NCBI GenBank assembly: GCA_964016885.1
Contig: OZ024740.1
Span: forward strand, 313,968,001-314,032,000
DNA from: Eledone cirrhosa
Lineage: Eukaryota
Reading direction: 5' to 3'
DNA: 64,000 nt
Part shown: in pieces, positions 56,155-64,000 of the stretch
Position numbering within the stretch: position 1 is the stretch's first letter
Layout: every line of letters begins with the position of its first letter
Notes under the pieces: generated by a model
Database searches by the model: none
What the model was told of the DNA's origin: nothing
Seen by the model: only the letters and a program-made list of their open reading frames with translations
Position numbers and translations under genes: made by a program

Positions 56155-57051
56155 TGTTGTTGCTTTTAATATAGTCACTGCTGTTGCTTTTAATATAGTC
56201 ACTGCTGTTGCTTTTAATATAGTCACTGCTGTTGCTTTTAATATAGTCACTGCTGTTGCTTTTAATATAGTCACTGCTGTTGCTTTTAATATAGTCACTG
56301 TTGTTGCTTTTAATATAGTCACTGCTGTTGCTTTTAATATAGTCACTGCTGTTGCTTTTAATATAGTCACTGTTGTTGCTTTTAATATAGTCACTGCTGT
56401 TGCTTTTAATATAGTCACTGCTGTTGCTTTTAATATAGTCACTGTTGTTGCTTTTAATATAGTCACTGCTGTTGCTTTTAATATAGTCACTGCTGTTGCT
56501 TTTAATATAGTCACTGTTGTTGCTTTTAATATAGTCACTGCTGTTGCTTTTAATATAGTCACTGCTGTTGCTTTTAATATAGTCACTGCTGTTGCTTTTA
56601 ATATAGTCACTGCTGTTGCTTTTAATATAGTCACTGCTGTTGCTTTTAATATAGTCACTGTTGTTGCTTTTAATATAGTCACTGCTGTTGCTTTTAATAT
56701 AGTCACTGCTGTTGCTTTTAATATAGTCACTGCTGTTGCTTTTAATATAGTCACTGTTGTTGCTTTTAATATAGTCACTGCTGTTGCTTTTAATATAGTC
56801 ACTGTTGTTGCTTTTAATATAGTCACTGCTGTTGCTTTTAATATAGTCACTGCTGTTGCTTTTAATATAGTCACTGTTGTTGCTTTTAATATAGTCACTG
56901 TTGTTGCTTTTAATATAGTCACTGCTGTTGCTTTTAATATAGTCACTGCTGTTGCTTTTAATATAGTCACTGCTGTTGCTTTTAATATAGTCACTGTTGT
57001 TGCTTTTAATATAGTCACTGCTGTTGCTTTTAATATAGTCACTGCTGTTGC
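56155..57051. repeat. 24-bp minisatellite, ~37 copies (TGCTTTTAATATAGTCACTG[C/T]TGT)
   Basis: Direct reading; units are identical except at one C/T position. Confidence 0.97.
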
Positions 57052-57099
57052 CGTCTTTTGATCGTGGCCATTGTTGTTGTCAATATTACTGTTGCAGGT

Positions 57100-57678
57100 A
57101 ACAGTTACGTCCCTTTATGATCTGAGTTCAAATCCCGCCGAGGTTAGCTTTCCCTTTCATCCTTACGGGATCGATAAAATAAAGTACCAGTAATGCACTG
57201 GGGTCGATTTAATCGACTTTCCCCTACCCCCAAATCACTAGCCTTGTGCCTATATAAGAAACAAATGTTACTGCTGCTGCTGGTGTTATTATCCGACGCC
57301 ATGCTTTGACGTATGGAGTCACGGCCCTTGCTATTCTGAGTTCAAATCCCGCCAAGGTTAACTTTGCCTTTCATCCTTATGGGGTCGATAAAATAAAGGA
57401 ACAGTCACGCACTAGGGTCAATTTTTTCAACTTTCCCCTACCCCAAAATTGCTGGCCTTGTGCCTATATAAGAAACCAGAAGGCGGTGGATTGGCAGTAT
57501 CGGTAGAGGGTCGGACGCCATGCTTTGCAGCAAAGAGTTACGGCCCTTTGTGGTCTGAGTTCAAATCCCGTTGAGGTTAACTTTGCCTTTCATCCTTACG
57601 GGGTCGATAAAATAAAGTACCGGTAATGCACTGGAATAATTGCTGGCCTTGTGCCAAAAGTAGAAACGATTATTATTG
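57100..57678 (+). mobile_element. Three head-to-tail main-family SINEs
   Basis: B-box gagttcaaatccc at ~57124, 57338 and 57557, each followed by ctttcatcctta.ggg.tcgataaaataaag. Confidence 0.88.
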
Positions 57679-57696
57679 TTGTTAATGTCAATTTGC

Positions 57697-57728
<32 letters not shown>

Positions 57729-57954
57729 GATGTGTGTGTGTGTGTATTCATATATATGTGTGTGTGTGTATATATGCATATATATGTCTTTATATATATA
57801 TATATATTTATACATATATATATATATATATACATATATACATACATATATACATACCTACATATATACATATATATATATAAATACATATATATATATA
57901 TATACATATATACATACATACATACATACATACATACATACATACATACATACA

Positions 57955-57990
<36 letters not shown>

Positions 57991-58293
57991 TATATTCTGA
58001 GAATAAAAACAATTTCTCACAAAACCATGGACGACATATTTTTACTCGAGTTCGCTCTGCTTGAAAGAATTCAAGTGTTGTAGTGAGGGAGGAAAGGGGG
58101 GTGGAGTGGAGTGTAAAAGACGGCATCTCTTGACAGTAGACAGTAGGACGTATATAACGGTGCCAATGGCAAAATATATGCCATGTTTATTCACATGCCC
58201 CACCATCAGATATGTGCTGTACATACATATATGTAAAGAATGTGTCCGTCAGTGAGTCTATGTATTGTCTGTTTATCTGTAAGTTTATATAAA

Positions 58294-58328
<35 letters not shown>

Positions 58329-58535
58329 ATGTGTGTGTATTGTCTGTTTATCTGTAAGTTTATATAAATACATGTGTGTGTGTGTGCATGTGTGTGTATT
58401 GTATGTTTATATGTAAGTTTATATAAATACATGTACATGTGTGTGTGTATGTGTGTGTGTGTTTGTGTGTATGTGTATTGTATGTTTATATGTAAGTATA
58501 TCTAATATATGTATATATATATATATATGTGTATA

Positions 58536-58578
<43 letters not shown>

Positions 58579-58751
58579 ATATATGTATGTGTGTGAATGT
58601 ATATATATATATATATAAACATATATGTATGTGTGTGAATGTGTATATACATATATATATATGTGTGTGTGTGTATGTATGTGTGTGTGTGCGTGTATGT
58701 ATGAATATATATATATATATGTGTGTGTGTATGGATATATATGTAAGTATG

Positions 58752-58808
<57 letters not shown>

Positions 58809-59200
58809 TTGTGTGTCTGTATATAAAATTATATTCACGTTAAAACGCAGAAACTATTTATCTCCACATATTGCCTTAAAACATCTTAAGTACGTATATA
58901 CGTGTTGATGTGTATTTACGTATGTATGTGTTTCATGTGTATTTACGTATACGTATGTCTGTATTTGTCTGTATTTTATAGAAGGCTGTTTTGGCAGCCG
59001 TGGATTTAGTCTGGGATATTGTTATATGAATATATGATCCACCTGGAGATTATATATATATACACTTGTATATACACTTATGTATATACACTTTGGGGGG
59101 GTCATGCTGCCAATAAAAACACACGCATCTGTTGGTTTCACTCTAATTTATTATAAACTCCAAGTCAGTTTTATAACCAGATGGCTATAAAGAAGACATA

Positions 59201-59250
<50 letters not shown>

Positions 59251-59333
59251 AATACAAAGACCAAAATTCAGAAGAATCTGCTTCACGGTGAAAGCAGAAA
59301 TTCTTTGCTTAAACATCAAATCTGTACCAATAA

Positions 59334-59385
<52 letters not shown>

Positions 59386-60190
59386 TGACTGCTTCGTATT
59401 CGCAGTCAGGAGAATTGGTTTCAATACAATAACAGATTATTTTAAGGCCAAGTTTGCGTCTTGTTACCTTGAAGTTTCTGCGATATACTCAGAGGTTCCT
59501 AAGATGTTCTGTCAACTGATCCTGTGTGTAAACAGAGGATCCATAGTAACACGGCTCAAACTTAACATTAATAAAGAATATATATAATTAGACATAATTA
59601 AATTTGTCACGAATTTACATAACATCTCAATGAAAGGTGATCATTAAAAAGATCTCATACAGAGAAGCAAATATATAGAACAAGTAGCTTATACTTACTC
59701 TCTCACTCCCTCTCTCTCCCTATATATATATATATATATATATATTTATACACATATACACACACAAATATATATATATATGTGTGTGTGTGTGTGTAAG
59801 AGTATTTTTCATACTAAAACTATTTTGAATCTGTTAACTTTGAGCTAACATATTTTTTAAAAATTCACATCCGCTCACCATTTCTAAAAATAAATTGTTT
59901 GTTTACATAGTGACCCCGAAATGATAAGGCTTCAAATAACGGAAGAATTTCTCAGTTTCCTTTGGTGTAACTTGTAAGAACAGTGGTCCGGAATACGACA
60001 AACATGTGTTCGAGTCCCACAAGCAATGTTTTCCATTTTATTCCTTCCTAGAGACCGATGTGCCCACCTTGCTAGATTATTTTTCGTCGCCAAAACACCT
60101 GCATGTAAACTGTATATCGTTTCTTTTATTCGTTAGCTCCTTAATATCATGTCATTTGCCGTATTTTTTTATATCTTTTATGTGCTATCT

Positions 60191-60251
<61 letters not shown>

Positions 60252-61917
60252 CGGTTTCTGGTCTTAATGGCACTTTTGCCCCTGTTACTTTTCCTAAAAA
60301 ATTTTTATCGCTCTTACTTGTGTGATTTCAAGTAAAGAAATCTATACTCCATCAAACCTCAATTGCAGCATTTAAATAAAATTACACATACCTTACAGCA
60401 TCTATATGAAATTATTTATTGTCACCAAATACGAACTGTTAACCTTTTATCACAATACATGTAATCTCCTATCAAATCATGCTTTCGGACATTACGCTGT
60501 CGGCAATCTTGCTCGACGAACAAAATCTAACAAGACAGCAATACGAACTGTATCTATTTTGCAATACCCTATTACACACTTCACTTGAAAGCCTATAGAC
60601 ACTTTAAGCCCTATAGACAAAGACACCAAGTTTTCTGTCCAGTTTTATTTCAATTCTACACTTCGCCATTCTTTAGATATGCTTTGTATTATATTTCAAG
60701 TAACTTGTTTCTTAATTTCTTGTAATTAGTTAGTAAGTATATTTTGGCTTCTGCTTTTATCGGTGTTTTCCACTAAATGTTACATTTAGTCACTTTCATA
60801 TAATTTGCATATTCTTCGCTTCTGTCATATGAGGTGTTAAAATGTGTTTTCGGGGCGTTTAGTGCAGGAATATTTTTTTATTTAATTTTTTTTTGTGTTT
60901 ATATTATATATTATTTTTACTAAATACTATTGAGCTTGTATCTTGGTTTTTAATCTGTGTTCAATGTTGTTCGGTTTAGGTTTGCTGTCTTATTGTTTAG
61001 TGGTAGTTTTGTTAAAGCACGAGGAACAGTAAAGCTATTTGTTTCTGTTCATATCGATGTTTTCCCAATAAGTCGTCTGCAAAGTGTTTCAGTACTAATC
61101 GGTTATCTTAATCACTCAACTGCAAAACTATTCCAACCATAAATCCCATTATAGAATGTAGTTTTCAATAACTTTCTAATTAGTTTTCGAGCATTTAGCT
61201 CATGAGAATGCCAACTGATTAGCAATCTAAATCAATCTTCATTTCTTCCATTTCTTATTGATTGATCATCTGATTTCTGGTGAAGTTTAAAGTATTCGGT
61301 GTTCATTTCATTAGCTACTCTATTTATGACGGTGGAATAGCGAAGTACATTAGAGACAGTCGGGTGTAGTTAGGATTACAGAATGCATTGAAAGTGAATG
61401 GGGTATGTTGATGGAGGTCGAGTTGTTGAGGGTGCAGCTGAGATGCACGAATGACGAGGAAGATGGCTGTGTGTTGAAAATGACCGAATATAGGAGAATT
61501 AAATAAGTACAATTTCATTTGTGAAAGACAAAACTCAGTCTTGATACGTTACTGTTCTGAGTTTAAACACCACGAGTTCTGACTTCGTTTTCATTCTTCG
61601 ATTAAAGAAATGAGTACAAAAAATTGCTGTTAAAATTAAAGGTTTTCGGTGGAACCAACATGAGCCTCTCGATGCAGTGGTGCAACCTGTTAAAAATAGG
61701 ATCCATATTTATCACAAATCACATCGTATCGTTTTGGGAAACAATAGATATATTGCACGGTGTAATCCTATATATAAGATAAAAAGATGACATGGTCATG
61801 TCTAGATCGCATTTGATCATAAGTCTGCTCCATCAAAGCCAATTTGGTATTACATAACAGCCTGTTTCCTACTACTAGGAGGAAAGTGTATATATATATA
61901 CTTACATGTATATAAGT

Positions 61918-62102
61918 ATTTGTTTCTATTTTTGGCACAAGGCCAGCAATTATCCCAGTGCATTACTGGCACTTTATTTTATGGACCCCGTAAGGATGAA
62001 AGGCAAAGTTAACCTTGTGGGGATTTGAACTCAGACCGGAAAGGGGCGTAACTCTATGTTGCAAAACATGGCGTCCGACCCTCTATCGATACTGCCAATC
62101 CA
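61918..62102 (-). mobile_element. Short-form main-family SINE
   Basis: Matches other copies across its full length. Confidence 0.88.
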
Positions 62103-62361
62103 CAATGGTTTTAATTTAGACACAACGTCAGTACTTTTGAGAAGAGGGGAGAGTTGATGGCATTGATCCATTACTTGAGTAGTTCTTGGAAGCATAAAAG
62201 GCAGCGTTGAACTGGGACGGATTTGAGAGTGCAGAGTACAGAGAGGCCTACTTTAAAGCATTCTATCTTCTTCTTCTTCTTCTTCTTCTTCTTCTTCTTC
62301 TTCTTCTTCTTCTTCTTCTTCTTCTTCTTCCATTATCATTATTATTATTATTAATGACAGT

Positions 62362-62499
62362 GATTGGCAGTATCGGTTGAGCATCGGACAACATGCTGTG
62401 CGGCATATAGTTACGTCCTTTTAGTTCTGAGTTCAAATCCCGCCGTGGTTAGCTTTACTTTTCACCCTTACGGGGTCGATAAAATAAAGTACCAGTAAT
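62362..62499 (+). mobile_element. 3'-truncated main-family SINE fused to a CRE fragment
   Basis: gattggcagtatcggtt...gagttcaaatccc...aaagtaccagtaat, then CRE sequence follows immediately. Confidence 0.8.
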
Positions 62500-62920
62500 G
62501 ACCTCGTTGAGGGCAGTATGGCGTGGAATGCGACCGGCACTGTGGCGACAGGAAATCGGGTGGAGGCCGAAAGAGTCCACGGTGGAACCGCAGCAACATT
62601 GGTGTGGCTGGCACATCCGGAGGCTGAGCCTCAGGGAAACGCCGATTCGCAGGCTATGGTGGTCTACCTGCGTGCCAGTGGAGAAGGAGGGCAGAGCATG
62701 GAGCCAGGCACCACTGTGGGGTTTGGAGGCCGCACGAAAACAAGCAAGGCGGTGCTGGTCGAGCTGGCGCGTGAGCCTGTCTGAGGCCAGGCTGCACTGG
62801 ATGGCATCCCAAGTGCGTTGGGGGGGACTTGACGTCAACAGGGGGAGAAGGAGGAGGGACGTCTACTGGGCCAAGTCCCAGCCGGTTCCCATGTATCACA
62901 GGCGGCCTCACGTTCTCTGA
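62500..62920 (-). pseudogene. CRE-clade non-LTR retrotransposon fragment (post-RT linker and CCHC zinc finger before the RLE)
   Basis: SGAWLHALPS...SLRIGVSLRL...CQPHQCCCGSTVDSFGLHPISCRHSAGRIPRHTALNEVI fits the CRE pattern C-x-C-x7-8-H-x3-C...GR-x-x-RH-x-x-LN. Confidence 0.85.
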
Positions 62921-63439
62921 ACACAGGGTTCTGTTGTGTTTTGAAGAACCCTGCTGACGAGGACGCGGCACGAGGTTACTGACGAAAGATACGCCGGAAA
63001 AGCTAGTGAGATCGGTGACCGGAGGCCGCCATACCTGACCGGTAAAGTGGCCTGTTGCCACCCTATGTCTTCAAACTTGACGTTGTATATCCCCTTGGCT
63101 GCTGCTCGGATACAAGTATCGAGGTCAGCATGGAGCTCGGCTGCTGCTCGGATACAAGTATCGAGATGTCTGGGTGCAGCATGGAGCGCTGCGGAGTGTA
63201 TAGAGGAGCTTCGGCATGGCGAAGCAGTTCCTCAGCAGAAAGAGAGCTTGACAACTGCTCAGTTGCTCGCATGTGTGCGTGCTGAATTATGGGTCTTTCC
63301 GCTGGGAACAACCACTTGTTCCCCCCCCCCCTCCCTTTTTTTGTGTATATCCATCCATTCACTCATTCATTTACTGCCATTCTACCTTCCTGTGTCTCCC
63401 CCTCCATGTAGCCCCTTTTCGCTCTCGTTTTCCGGCATC

Positions 63440-64000
63440 TCCATATATATAGGTGAGCTATGCTGCCCTCTTACCAGCACCTCCCCTTCCAACCACACAC
63501 ACCAGCCACCCACCCCTGATGCCGCTCGGTGCGCCAGTCGCCGGCCCCACGCCCCATCCACCACCCCTCCAAATCGACACCTGCAGCACTTGCGGCACTA
63601 CTAACAAACGGAAGAGGGGCCGGAACTGTTTGGGGTGTGGCTGCTTCCACCACCTCACCTGCGTTGGCTTGACTCGTCGAGCTTCCAATGCCCTCGCAGC
63701 GTGGAGGTGCTGGAGCTGCCTCTTCCCCACGTCTTCCCAGCCACGGCTGTCTGGCACACCACTAGATGGGACAGCGAGCTTGCCTGACGCCCGAGCCTCG
63801 CTGGTCAACATCACCCGGCTCAGGCGGATCCGGAAGATCCCACTCAGGATCCCGTGAGTGGCACGGGTGCCGGTGGCCGATGCTCTCGCTTCCTCGATTG
63901 AGAGCGCCCTGGACTCCAATCGAGCCAGTGACTGGGAGCGGTGTTCTATTTCGCCCCACTCGCCCTCGGCCTCCCCAGCTCTGGCGCTGACCGGGGCGGC
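63440..64000 (+). pseudogene. N-terminal part of a probable CRE-like retrotransposon ORF with a PHD finger (disrupted; runs off the window)
   Basis: CSTC-x11-CLGC-x4-H-x2-C-x13-WRCWSC (C4HC3, 63582-63719); the frame continues through TGA 63855 as KIPLRIP*VARVPVADALASSIESAL...DW, resembling the RIP-x-x-AR...A...W motif upstream of CRE RT; GC-rich compared with host DNA. Confidence 0.65.

Noticed and set aside
56113-57042. 309-aa TILKATAV repeat ORF, or a CRISPR-like array
   Set aside because: Contiguous 24-bp units with no unique spacers and no cas genes; the ORF is a by-product of a stop-free unit with no ATG start or splice evidence.
62950-63060. CTGACGA...GAAA motifs and a possible HDV-like ribozyme upstream of the CRE-like ORF
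   Set aside because: Could not form stems I/II around the cores or the HDV nested pseudoknot.

Overview
Very AT-rich, repeat-dominated eukaryotic DNA. It is probably intergenic or intronic animal sequence; the SINE repertoire and microsatellite load resemble octopus/cephalopod genomes, but that is my inference, not a database result. No intact host gene can be supported, and almost all listed ORFs are translations of microsatellites. Recognisable content: about 25 copies of a tRNA-head SINE (several with 14-23 bp TSDs), CORE-type SINEs with alternative tails, RTE-clade LINE 3' ends (one Expander/Rex3-like), CRE-clade RLE retrotransposon pieces (one with an N-terminal PHD finger), a non-autonomous Helitron, Tc1/mariner-type MITEs, a 24-bp minisatellite and very long compound (TA)n arrays. 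The most interesting signal is a set of at least six short elements, unrelated in sequence, that share one architecture. Each sits in or at the edge of (TA)n, forms a long fold-back (50-220 bp arms), and ends in an unpaired tail with a conserved ACTC...GAGTRC hairpin. Families A, C, D and E carry a minimal type I hammerhead ribozyme core (CUGANGA...GAAA-short, often palindromic loop-UH); families B and F keep only the GAAAC half. I interpret them as non-autonomous, Penelope-like/retrozyme-type (TA)n-targeting retroelements whose inverted arm is made at insertion.
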